Shown: in pieces, positions 12,668 to 24,054 of the stretch
Layout: every line of letters begins with the position of its first letter
How positions within the stretch are numbered: the stretch's first letter is position 1
NCBI GenBank assembly: GCA_030390025.1
Contig: CM059432.1
Span: 86,058,001 to 86,122,000, forward strand
Source: Squalus acanthias
Taxonomy: Eukaryota
DNA: 64,000 nt
Reading direction: 5' to 3'
The notes under the pieces: model-generated
The model's input: only the letters and a program-made list of their open reading frames with translations
What the model was told of the DNA's origin: nothing
Databases searched by the model: none
Position numbers and translations under genes: made by a program

Positions 12668-12685
12668 GTCCTGCCACGGTCGCCA
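12668..12685 (-). promoter_or_regulatory. Primer-binding site, probably tRNA-Arg(TCG)
   Basis: TGGCGACCGTGGCAGGAC, 5 nt downstream of the LTR. Complementary to the recalled vertebrate tRNA-Arg(TCG) 3' end GTCCTGCCGCGGTCGCCA with one G:U pair. Confidence 0.75.
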
Positions 12686-12690
12686 AGAGA

Positions 12691-13817
12691 TGTAAGCGGT
12701 TTTGATCCTAGCCCAATTGCTAGACGGACGGTTCGAATCGCCCCCGCCTTACGAAAGTTCTATACCCGGGAATTATTATTCAGAGTGTAAATGAAATAAG
12801 TCACGGACAGGAATGCTTCGGTGAAAAATCGTACTTATATTTATTTGGTCTAACATACACTGGCTAAAACATGCACTACTAAACGAAATTACTGTCTCTG
12901 TGGAGAATAAAAATCCAGGTTACAAACAACATACATACAGTACCCAACTGGGGACTATGACAAGCAGTAATTCACTTGTTGCTGTGGTGGACTCTAATTC
13001 CACCCCTACCAACGAATTACCCAGTCGCATAAGCCCCTTTGCCTGGCTGAACCAAATGAAGCTCCCACCCCGGAATAGCCCAAAAGCTTCACTTCTGAGA
13101 AAAACTCTGAGCCCTCTGGTTACCTGCTTGGGACACTCGAGACCATGCTTACCACCACTCTTGATCGCTCCGCTTAGCTGCTTCTTCCTCTGGTACTACT
13201 TCTTGTTAGGTCGATCTTGGTGCAGCAAGAGAGAGAGAGAATGGCGGGAAAGGGTCTATCTTTATAGGAGTCTCGCTACCCCTATCTTTCCCGCCAATCT
13301 TTAAAATCCTTTTGTTTCTAAGCACTCCGGTGCTTAATCAGTGATGGGTCATCCTCAGACCCATGAGTATTCCGTGATTGGACTAAAGGCCCTAAGTCTG
13401 GGACATCTCTCGGTCTTTGTGTTGGGGAAAAACTGGCTCCTCTCCGGCTGGCTAGGCTAGTGGGTTCATTGTTCTGCTTCTCTTCTGAGATGGAGGTGAG
13501 AAGTGCTTTTGCATATTAGAGTGGCTTTCTAATAGGTTCAAGTTCAACGGGTGCCTCAGGGTCCTCAGCCCCTTTGTCAATGGCCCCCCTTCCTTTTTCC
13601 AGGACTGTCGGGCAAACCCATACATTCGGGATGACTGACAGGTCTTTTGTCACAGCCAACTGCCATGCGTTCTCTGGAGTTTTAACAAACCAGTTTTTCA
13701 CATATCTGCACAGGGTGATCCCATCACAGGGAAAATACCCTCAGAAAAATCCCATAAAGTCCACAAAATATACTCGACTGAGTCCATTCTTCAAACAGAG
13801 ACTTTGCGATCTCTTCA
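12691..13817 (-). repeat. 5' LTR, family A (1127 bp)
   Basis: TG...CA termini; minus-strand TATAAA at 13261-13266 and AATAAA at ~12840-12845; close homologue at 39275-40291. Confidence 0.93.
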
Positions 13818-14158
13818 GTGGAGATGAAGTAGAAGATCAGCCATGATCTTATTCAAAGGACCAAATGGTCTACTCCTGCTCCTATTTCTTAAGTTCTTAT
13901 GTTTCTGCCTATGCTGTGTAAGAATAATCCAGGTTAGTTTCCAGTTTTTCCTTATGCAGAACCGCCTCCACTTGCCAATTTGTCCCTGACAACCTAGCAA
14001 GGATTATAGACTTGCTTTGTAGTGGGGAAAATGGGCCACAACCATCATCCTACAAGTTTTGCACTATGGGACAGAAGATTTTGTCAATTGCAATGCAGAA
14101 ATAAAATTTCAGTATACACGCTGTTTGCATCTTTTATAAACTTTAAATAAAACATATT

Positions 14159-14847
14159 GGCCCAGAAATTCCGTTCGCAGCCCTTTCGGAAAAATCTGCG
14201 CCTGGATCGGAGGGATCCCGGGATGTGCAGGGCACGCGTATCCCAGGGGCGCAGCTACTTCGCAACGTCCCTGGGATCACGTGGGCCATGGGGAGCCAAT
14301 CAGAGCAGGGAATCTCCATTCATAGATTTGACAGGAAGACCTGTCAAATCTATGAATAGAGATCAGCCCCAAAACATAAGTAAAACTAAAAAAAATTTTT
14401 TTAAAAAAACATCACATTTTTAAAATGACTAAATTACATAAATTAACTATTTTAAACAAAAATTTAAATTTTTGAAAAAAAATTAAAGTTTTTAACTGGG
14501 CTAAAAATAAACTTACCTTTCTTTAAAGTATTTTAAAATGATAAATCAGTGGAAATTTTTTTTTTTACTTAAACTATTAGCCTGCTAAAAGCAGGCCTTG
14601 TGCCTGCTTTTCTAGGCGCAGCTGTTCCCGACTTACCTGGACTCAAGCCAGTGTGAAAAAAACGAAAGTTTCTAACATACGCGCTGCCTATCCGGCACAG
14701 GCGTTTGTCCAGTCAACCCTTTCTGCAGAGAACGGAAATGCCAGTTTCCAGCGCATGCGCAGTGCATGCATAAAACCGGCACTTCCGTTGGCCCTACGGG
14801 TGAGTACACAGCGCGTACACACCCGTAGGGAACGGAATTTCTAGGCC
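14159..14847. mobile_element. Hairpin-rich MITE (Harbinger/PHIS-like), same family as 62441-63191
   Basis: TIRs GGCCCAGAAATTCCGTTC / GAACGGAATTTCTAGGCC; A-rich core; internal hairpins. Confidence 0.85.
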
Positions 14848-14959
14848 AATATCACCGCAAATACAAACAGTTGCTTAAAAACTCAAAAGCATTAAATATA
14901 CAAAATTAATTAAACTGCATTTCAATCCACAAAATGTTTTTTCCGATATTAGAGTCATA

Positions 14960-15854
14960 GGGGTAGAAATTAGGTCGCGCCCCATTTGGGGCGCAAATAT
15001 CGTCCGGACGCAAATATTAGCGCCTGGCGCTAATTATCGGCACTGACGGGAAACTTCACTTTTACCGCCCCGGGAGGTGAGTGGAGCGCTAAAGCAGGCG
15101 CTGCACACCTCTCTTAAGGCGCAAAGGCCGAGCAGTGAGGCGCTAACTCGGAGCGCTGGCGAAGCTCATGTAATGTCAGTCAGCAATGGAACACACACAC
15201 AATGGCACGGGCCAGTTCTTAAAGGGGATGGTTAATCTTGCTTTCCATCCACATCCTGTTCATTGCTGCCTTGAATCTCGGCCTGGAGAGACTTGCACAT
15301 CAAATGTGCTGGAAAGAACAATGGAGAGCACCAGGCAAAGAGCTCAGAGTGCAGCTCCCACGGTCTCTGCTAAATCGATACAAGGAATGGCAAATCAAAA
15401 TGAACCTGCAAAGTGCTGCTCAGTACCCAAAACACCTTCACACAACGTTGAATCTCTCCAGAAGTCTCTCCCTCTCTCTCTCAGAATGCGTAGTTCAAAA
15501 ATGCCACCAACAATAAAAGACAGGAAGAGGCCCCCTTTAAATAGCGCCCCCCCCCAGCCCCACAGCGATTGATAGCGTTCCAGTCTTCTGGTCGTTGGAA
15601 GCGCCAGGCGGTAAGGCAGGGGGGCGCCACTCAATTTCCGCTACGGGGCGCCCCAAGGGCGTTGCACCATGGAATGACGTCACAATCTGCGCGCGCAGGT
15701 GGTCGCAGCGGTAAGTTTTAGCGCCGCCGCACAATCTCAAGTTAAGTTCTCGAGCAGCGCAAACATCGCTGCGCCCAGGCGTTAGCGGCTTTGCGCCCCA
15801 TTAGCGCACTCTTAAGGCGCTAACGGGTGGCGCAACCAAGTGAATTTTTACCCC
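14960..15854 (+). mobile_element. Harbinger-type internal-deletion derivative inserted in a CR1 3' tail
   Basis: TIRs GGGGTAGAAATT / AATTTTTACCCC; TSD ATA; GCGC-rich subterminal motifs; possible Myb-start remnant MESTRQRAQSAAP. Confidence 0.8.
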
Positions 15855-17031
15855 ATAGAGTCATACAGCACAGAAAAAGGCCCATCGTGTCCGCGCCGGC
15901 CATCAAGCCCTATCTATTCTAATCCCATATTCCAGCACTTGGTCCGTAGCCTTGTATGCTATGGCATTTCAAGTGCTCATCTAAATGCTTCTTGAATATT
16001 GTGAGGGTTCCTGCCTCTACCACCCTTTCAGGCAGTGAGTTCCAGATTCCAGCCACCCTCTGGGTGAAAAAGTTTTTACTCAAATCCCCTCTAAACCTCC
16101 TGCACCTCACCTTGAAACTATGCCACCTGGTTATTGACCCCTCTACTAAGGGGAAAAGTTCCTTTCTATCTACCCTATCTATGCCCCTCATAATTTTGTG
16201 CCCCTCATAATTTTGTACACCTCAATCAGGTCCCCCCTCAGCCTTCTCTGCTCTAAGGAAAACAACCCCAGCCTGTCCAGTCTCTCTTCATAGCTGAAGC
16301 ATTCCAGCCCAGGTAACATCCTGGTGAATCTCCTCTGCACCCTCTCCAATGCAATCACATCCTGTGGCGACCAGAACTGCACACAGTATTCCAGCTGTGG
16401 CCTAACTAGCGTTTTGTACAGCTCCATCATAACCACCCTGCTCTTATATTCTATGCCTCGGCTAATGAAGGCAAGTATCCCATATGCCTTTTTAACCACC
16501 TTATCTACCTGTCCTGCTGCCTTCAGGGATCTATGTACATGCACACCAAGGTCCCTCTGATCCTCTGTCCTCCCTAGGATCCTACCATTCATTGTGTATT
16601 CCCTTGCCTTGTTAGTCCTCCAAAAATGCATCACCTCACACTTTTCAGGGTTAAATTCCATTTGCCACTGTTCTGCCCATCTGACCAACCCGTCTATATC
16701 GTCCTGTAGCCTGAGGCTTCCCTCCTCGCTATTTACCGCTCCACCAATTTTCGTGTCATCTGCGAACTTACTGATCATACCTCCTACATTCATATCTAAA
16801 TCATTAATGTACACTACAAACAGCAAAGGACCCAGCACCGATCCCTGCGGTACACCACTGGACACAGGCTTCCAGTCACAAAAACAACCTTCGACCACCA
16901 CCCTCTGCCTCCTGCCACGAAGCCAATTTTGGATCCAATGTGCCAAGTTGCCCTGGATCCCATGGGCTCTTACCTTCTTGACCAGTCTCCCATGTGGAAC
17001 TTTGTCAAAAGCCTTACTGAAGTCCATGTAG

Positions 17032-17235
17032 CCTGCTTTCTATCCCACCCCTGACCTTCCCCTTTGTTCTTTCATCCCCTCCCCCTTTTCCCAGCTTTAT
17101 ACTTGCTTTAAATCTATTTCATTTCCTGCTTTTTTCTAGTTCTGACGAAAGGTCTTCGACCTGAAACGTTAACTCTGTTTCTCTCTCCATGGATGCTGCC
17201 TGGCCTGCTGAGTTTTTCCAGTGTTTTCTGTTATT
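17032..17235 (+). mobile_element. Penelope-like pseudo-LTR fragment with hammerhead motif
   Basis: Flanked by TCCATGTAG/TCCATGCAG; homologous to the Penelope ends at 24060-24320 and 41480-41590. Confidence 0.75.
17138..17174 (+). ncRNA. Minimal type I hammerhead ribozyme motif
   Basis: AGTT-CTGACGA-A-AGGTC(TTC)GACCT-GAAA-CG-TT-AACT. Confidence 0.65.
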
Positions 17236-19405
17236 TCCATGCAGACTACATCAACTGCACTACCCTCATCCACACACCTAGTCACCCCCTCTCAAAATTC
17301 AATCAAATTAGTTAGACATGATCTCCCCCTGACAAAGCCATGCTGACTATCCTTGATTAATCCTTGCCTCTCCAAGTGAAGACTAATTATGTCCCTCAGA
17401 ATTTTTTCCAATAATTTCCCTACCACTGATGTTAGGCTCACTGGCCTGTAATTCCCTGGTTTATCCCTACTACCCTTCTTGAATAATGGTACTACGTTAG
17501 CTGTTCTCCAGTCCTCTGGCACCTCCCCTGTGGCCAGAGAGGTTCTAAAAATTTGTGTCAGAGCCCCTACAATCTCCTCCCTTGCCTCACACAGCCACCT
17601 GGGATACATCTCGTCTGGGCCTGGGGATTTCTCCACTTTTAAGCCTGCTAAAACCGCTAGTACCTCCTCCCTCTCAATACTAATTTGTTCAAGTATATCA
17701 CAATCTCCCGGCCTGATTTCTATGCCTACATCGTCCTTATCCATAGCGAACACAGATGCAAAATATTAATTTAAAACCTCACCCACATCTTCCGGCTCTA
17801 CACACAGATTGCTACTTTTGTCCCTAATGGGGCCCTACTCTTTCCCTGGTTATCCTCTTGCCCTTAATATACTTATAAAACACCTTGGGATTTTCCTTTA
17901 TTTTGCCCGCCAGTGTTTTTTCATGCCCCCTCTTCGCTCTCCTAATTTCTTTTTTAAGTACCCCCCTGCACTTTCTATACTCCTCTCGGGCTTCCACTGT
18001 TTTTAGTCCTTTGTATCTGCCAAAAGCTTCCCTTTTTTTCCTAATCCATTCTTGTATATCCCTTGACATCCAGGGTTCCCTGGGCTTGTTGGTCCCACCC
18101 TTGACCTTTACGGGAACATGTTGGCGTTGTACTCTCTCTATTTCCTTTCTGAAAGACTCCCACTGCCGTGATGTGGATTTTCCTACAAGTAGCTGATCCC
18201 AGTCCACTTTGGCCAGATCCTGCCTTATCATATTAAAGTCGGCCTTCCCCCAATTTAGAACCTTTATTTCCGGTCCAGCTTTGTCCTTTTCCATGACTAC
18301 CTTAAATCTCACCGAATTATGGTCACTGTCACCAAAATGCTCTCCTACTAACACTTCTACCACTTGCCCGGCTACATTCCCTAGAATTAGGTCCAGTACC
18401 GCCCCCTCTCTTGTAGGAATTTCTACATGCTAGCTCAAAAAGCTCTCCTGGATGCACTTTAAGAATTCCGCACCTCTAAGCCTTTCACACTCTGACTATC
18501 CCAGTTAATATTGGGGAAGTTGAAATCCCCTACTATTATTACCCTATTATTTCTACACTTCTCTGAGATTTGCCTACATATCTGTTCCTCTATCTCCCCC
18601 TGACTGTTTGGGGGCCTATAGTACACTCCCAGCAAAGTGCTTGCCCCCTTTTTGTTTTTAAGTTCTACCCATATGGCCTCATTAGAGCAACCTGCTAAGA
18701 TATCATCCCTCTTTAAAGCAGTAATTGACTCCTTGATTAATATTGCGACAACCCCTCCTTTTACACCCTCCTCTGTCTCGCCTGAAGATTCTATACCCCG
18801 GAATATTGAGCTGCCAGTCCTGCCCCTCCCTCAGCCATGTCTCTGTGATAGCAACAATATCATACTCCCATGTGTTCATCAACACCTTCAATTGATCTGC
18901 CTTACTCGCAAGACTCCTTGCATTAAAATAAATGCCATCCAGCCTTGCCATACTCCCTTGTGCCATTACATATTTGCTCTGCCTTCCAGGCTGACTTGTT
19001 TTTTCCTCTATATTTGGCTGTGCATCACCCTCTACTATAGCTCCAGTCCATATCCCATCCCCCTGCCAAGTTAGTTTAAACCTCCCCCAACAGTACTAGC
19101 AAACCTCCCCACAAGGATGTTGGTCCCGTTCCGGTTCAGGTGCAACCCGTCCGACTTGTACAGGTCCCACTTTCCCCAGAAGCAGATCCAGGAAACTAAA
19201 GCCCTCCCTCCTGCACCAACTCTTTAGCCACGCATTCATCTGCTCTATCCTCCTATTCCTATACTCACTAGCATGTGGCACCGGGAGTAATCCAGAGATT
19301 ACAACCTTTGAGGTCCTGCTTTTTTATTTAAGCATTAACCCAAAAATGGAAAGAATTGAAGTGTAAAGTCTGTTTCATGAGCAGATGTAGAATAGCAACA
19401 ATATT

Positions 19406-20151
19406 GGCCCGGATTTTTCGGTCAGTGGCGAAGGGACGGGGATCGCTACTGACCTCGTAGAAAGCTGCCCACAAGGATTTAGCGGGCTCTCTGACGTCGA
19501 GTTCCCCTATTCCAATGTAAGATTCAATCTGGTACCATCTATAGGGGATCTGTGGCGTCCAGGAACAGTCATCAAGCAGGCTGAGCAGCAAATCAGACTG
19601 AAGAATTCTCAGATAGCAAACCAGGAAGTAAAAAGCACTGACTATCATTCACTTTTTAATCATTTTACAGAGAGTGAAATAAAGTTTTAGACATACACAT
19701 GGGATTAAGGTAGAAGCTGAAATATCATGAACAAACTTTGAAAAAAAAAGTTTTTTATTACTTTAAAAATCTATGGAATTTTTATGAGGGAATGACACTC
19801 CACACTTATAAATTTCAGGGCCAGAGAGGTTGTTCAGCAGTAATTATGACTTAGTATGCCATTAAAAACTCAGTTACACCTCATTCAACAAGGCTTAACT
19901 TTCTCAATGGTTTTTACAGCAAGAATAGTGCGTAAAAAGTTTCCGTTCACGTCAAATCACTGATTTTGTGTTGATTGCATCTGCGAAGTCTGTAACAGCG
20001 CACCCTATGGAGGAGCAGGGTATCACTGACAGCAACGTCCGGATTTCCGTGTTTAACTGTATATGTGCGGACACCAGAAGTTGTTGGTGTGCTTTTACAC
20101 AGTAATAATGGCGAACAGTTTCACCGTCATTACAACTGTAAATTCCGGGCC
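19406..20151. mobile_element. MITE (Harbinger/PHIS-like)
   Basis: TIRs GGCCCGGATTT / AAATTCCGGGCC; no coding capacity. Confidence 0.75.
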
Positions 20152-20671
20152 AATATCTACGTGGACAATATGTTCAGGATATTAGTCCCACATTATTAAT
20201 TATGAGTGACATCATCACTTGTAAATGCATTTGGCCTTTATTATGTTCTCTGCATAGCAAATAACTAGTAAACCAGTCTTTACAATGAAAACAGTGCAAT
20301 TTCTGTTTGCCTCTTGCATGGTTGTGACATGAGCACTGAAGGGTTACACCATGGGGTGTAATACTCATTCACTTGCATTATTCACTCACTTGTATCAGTG
20401 TATTCAGAATAGAAAGATACAAAAACTGTTCTGCTCTGATTCCTAAGTAAAAGAAGCCTCTTTTTAAGATTTTTGGACACAGTCTAGAAATAGTAAATAA
20501 AACAGCGTTATTCACAAATGGACCATTGGTATATGTTTGTGTTTAAGGAACAAATTTTCACACACATACAACAAACTGATCAGCAATGTTAAATATTGTT
20601 TTAATTATTTTAATTTCCAAATATTTTTGAGTTTTCAACTTGCAGTTTCATGAAGATCTTTATTTCATCAG

Positions 20672-20848
20672 GTCAGTGAGCTCCCAGAAGGACTGAACAC
20701 CCTTATGGCAGAAGGGAGTGAAAACTTCAGCCTGGGCCAGAGACAGCTTTTCTGCATTGCTAGAGCCCTTATCAAGAAATCAAAAATTACTATTATGGAT
20801 GAGGCCACAGCATCTGTTGACATGGAAACTGATGCTGCTCTCCAAACT
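20672..20848 (+). CDS. ABCC (MRP/SUR) family transporter, penultimate coding exon (NBD2 signature and Walker B)
   Basis: AG acceptor ends 20671, GT donor at 20849; 177 nt, phase 0: [59 protein letters not shown]. Confidence 0.93.
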
Positions 20849-21199
20849 GTAAGAAATCTATTTTTGCTGAATACTCATAATATGGTTTGGGTTTTTACAG
20901 TGCACATTATAAAGCCAAGTTATGTACTACTGGATTTTATTTTTTAAGCATAATTTGTTGCAAAATTATTTTTTTTGCCCTGACTAATAAAAAGCCTTCC
21001 ACTGCAGTATGTGGGGGTTATGTTAAGGAGTGCTGTGCATTGTAGATGTAGTTTAATGCAAATGATGTACTGCAATAGTTTTAAGTCACTAGCATATATT
21101 GGTGCATTTGTTTCTGCTCATCATTTACCCAAATAGTGCAGGATCTGTGCAGGATTTATACTGAAAGACTATGTGTTTTGGGTGACAACAGTTGACCCT

Positions 21200-24053
21200 G
21201 CAAAGTCCTCCTCACCAACATCTGGGGACGTGCCAAAATTGGGAGAGCTGTCCCACAAATTAGTCAAGCAACAGCCTGACAAAGTCATACTAACAGAATC
21301 ATACCTTTCAGCTAATGTCCCAAACTCCTCCATCACCATCCCTGGGTATGTCCTGTCCCACCGGCAGGACAGACCCACCAGGGGTAGCGGCACAGTGGTA
21401 TACAGTCGGGAAGGAGCGACCCTGGGAGTCCTCAACATTGACTCCGGACCCCATGAAGACTCATGGCTTCAGGTCAAGCATGGGCAAGGAAACCCCCTGC
21501 TGATTACCACCTACCGCCCTCCCTCAGCTGATGAATCAGTACTCCTCCATGTTGAACACCACTTGGAAGAAGACCTGAGAGTAGCAAGGGCACAGAATGT
21601 ACTCCAGTGTCCATCATCAAGAGAGGCTCGGTAGCACCACTACTGACCGAGCTGGCTGAGTCCTGAAGGACATAGCTGCCAGTCTGGGCCTGCGACAAGT
21701 GGTGAGAGAACCAACACGAGGGAAAAACCGACTTGACCTTGTCCTCACCAATCTACCTGTCGCGGGTGCATCTGTCCATGACAGCATTGGTAGCAGTGGC
21801 CACCGGACAGTCCTTGTGGAGACGAAGTCCCATCTTCACACTGAAGACACCCTTCATCGTGTTGTGTGGCACTACCACCGTGCTAAATGGGATAGATTCA
21901 GAACAGATCTAGCAGCTCAAAACTGGGCATCCATGAGGCGCTGTGGGCCATCAGCAGCAGCAGAATTGTATTCCACCACAATCTGTAACCTCATGGCCCC
22001 GCATATCCCTCACTCTACCATTACCATCAAGCCAGGGGACCAACCCTGGTTCAAGGAGGAGTGTAGAAGAGCATTCCAGGAGTAGCACCAGGTGCACCTA
22101 AAAATGAGGTGCCAACCTGGGGAAGCTACAACACAGGACTACATGCATGCTATAAAGTGGAAGCAACATGTTATAGACAGGGCTAAGTGATCCCACAATC
22201 AACGGATCAGATCAAAGCTCTGCAGTCCTGCTACATCCAGTCATGAATGGTGGTGGACCATTAAACAACTAATGGGAGGAGGAGGCTCCCTGAATATCCC
22301 CATCCTCAATGATGGTGGAGCCCAGCACGCGAGTGCAAAAGACAAGGCTGAAGCGTTTGCAACCATCTTCAGCCAGAAGTGCCGAATGGACGATCCATAT
22401 CGGCCTCCTCCTGAGTTCCCCACCATCACAGAAGACAGTCTTCAGCTAATTCGATTCACTCCACGTGATATCAAGAAACGGTTGAGCGCACTGGATACAG
22501 CAAAGGCTATGGGCCCCGACAACATCCCGGCTGCTGTGCTGAAGACTTGTGCTCCAGAACTAGCCGCACCTCTAGCCAAGCTCTTCCAGTACAGCTACAA
22601 CACTGGCATCTATCTGACAAAGTGGAAAATTGCCCAAGTATGTCCTGTCCACAAAAAGCAGGACAAATCCAATCTGGCCAATTACCGCCCCATCAGTCTA
22701 CTCTCAATCATCAGCAAAGTGATGGAAGGTGTCATCGACAGTGCTATCAAGCGGCACTTACTCACCAATAACCTGCTCACTGATGTCCAGTTTGGGTTCA
22801 GCCAGGACCACTCGGCTCCAGACCTCATTACAGCCTTGGTCCAAACATGGACAAAGGAGCTGAATTCCAGAGGTGAGGTGAGAGTGACTGCCCTTGACAT
22901 CAAGGCAGCATTTGACCGAGTGTGGCATCAAGGAGCCCTAGTAAGACTGAAATCAGTGGGAATCGGGGGGGAAACTCTCCACTGGCTGGAGTCATACCTA
23001 GCACAAAGGAAAATGGTTGTGGTGGTGGTTGGAGGTCAATAATCTCAGCCCCAGGACATTGCTGAAGGAGTTCCTCAGGGCAGTATCCTAGGCCCAACCA
23101 TCTTCAGTTGCTTCAACAATGACCTTCCCTCCAACATAAGGTCAGAAATGGGGATGTTTGCTGATGGCTGCACCGTGTTAAGTCCCATTTGCAACTCCTC
23201 AGATAATGAAGCAGTCCATGCCTACCTGCAACAACACCTGAACGACATTCAGGCTTGGGCTGATAAGTGGCAGGTAACATTCGTGCCACACAAGTGCCAG
23301 GCAATGACTATCTCCAACAAGCAAGAGTCTAACACCGCCCCTTGACATTCAATGGCATTACCATCGCCGAATCCCCCACCATCAACATCCTGGGGGTCAC
23401 CATTGACCAGAAACTTAACTGGACCAGCCACATAAATACTGTGGCAACAAGAGCAGGTCAGAGGCTAGGTATTCTGTGGCGAGTGTCTCACCTCCTGACT
23501 CCCCAAAGCCTTTCCACCATCTACAAGGCACAAGTAAGGAGTGTGATGGAATACTCTCCACTTGCCTGGATGAGTGCAGCTCCAACAACACTCAAGAAGC
23601 TCGACACCATCCAGGACAAAGCAGCCTGCTTGATTGGCACCCCATCCACCACCTTAAACATTCACTCCCTTCACCACCGGCGTACCATGGCTGCAGTGTG
23701 TACCATCTACAAGATGCACTGCAGCAACTTGCCAAGGCTTCTTCGGCAGCATCACCCAAGCCCACGACCTCTACCATCTAGAAGGACAAGGGCAGTACCA
23801 CCATCTCCAAGTTCCCCTCCCAAGTCACACACCATCCTGACTTGGAAGTATATCGCCGTTCCTTCATCGTCGCTGGGTCAAAATCCTGGAACTCCCCTCC
23901 CCTCCCTAACAGCACTGAGGGAGTACCTTCATCACACGGACTGCAGCGGTTTAAGGCGGTGGCTCACCACCTCCTTCTCGAGGGCAATTAGGGATGGGCA
24001 ATAAATGCTGGCCTTGCCAGCGACGCCCAGATCCCATGAACGAATAAAAAAAA
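21200..24053 (+). mobile_element. Non-CR1 APE-RT LINE, clade not determined; copy 1
   Basis: APE (ILTESYL, LDLVLTN, SGHRTV), RT (ALDIKAAFDRVWH, GVPQGSILGP, MFADG), 3' end cgaataaaaaaaa; frameshifted. Confidence 0.85.
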
Positions 24054-24054
24054 C

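Larger units (their letters stand above)
6043..13817 (-). mobile_element. Endogenous retrovirus-like provirus (lokiretrovirus/spuma-related), 5' LTR-gag-pro-pol; 3' region and 3' LTR missing
   Basis: 5' LTR 12691-13817, PBS, gag, protease, RT, tether, RNase H and integrase in order on -. Flanks GTAG (6039-6042) and GTGG (13818-13821). Confidence 0.85.
15858..19320 (-). mobile_element. CR1 LINE (end of ORF1 esterase, APE, RT, 3' tail)
   Basis: ORFs 18703-18966 (YFNARSL, AITETWL), 17824-18363, 17292-17753, 16188-17027 (DFSKAFDKVPH, FADDTK), 15919-16191. Confidence 0.92.

Noticed and set aside
20849..20947. ORF-track continuation of the ABCC exon (VRNLFLL...)
   Set aside because: Intronic; the GT donor at 20849 splices in phase to 26426.
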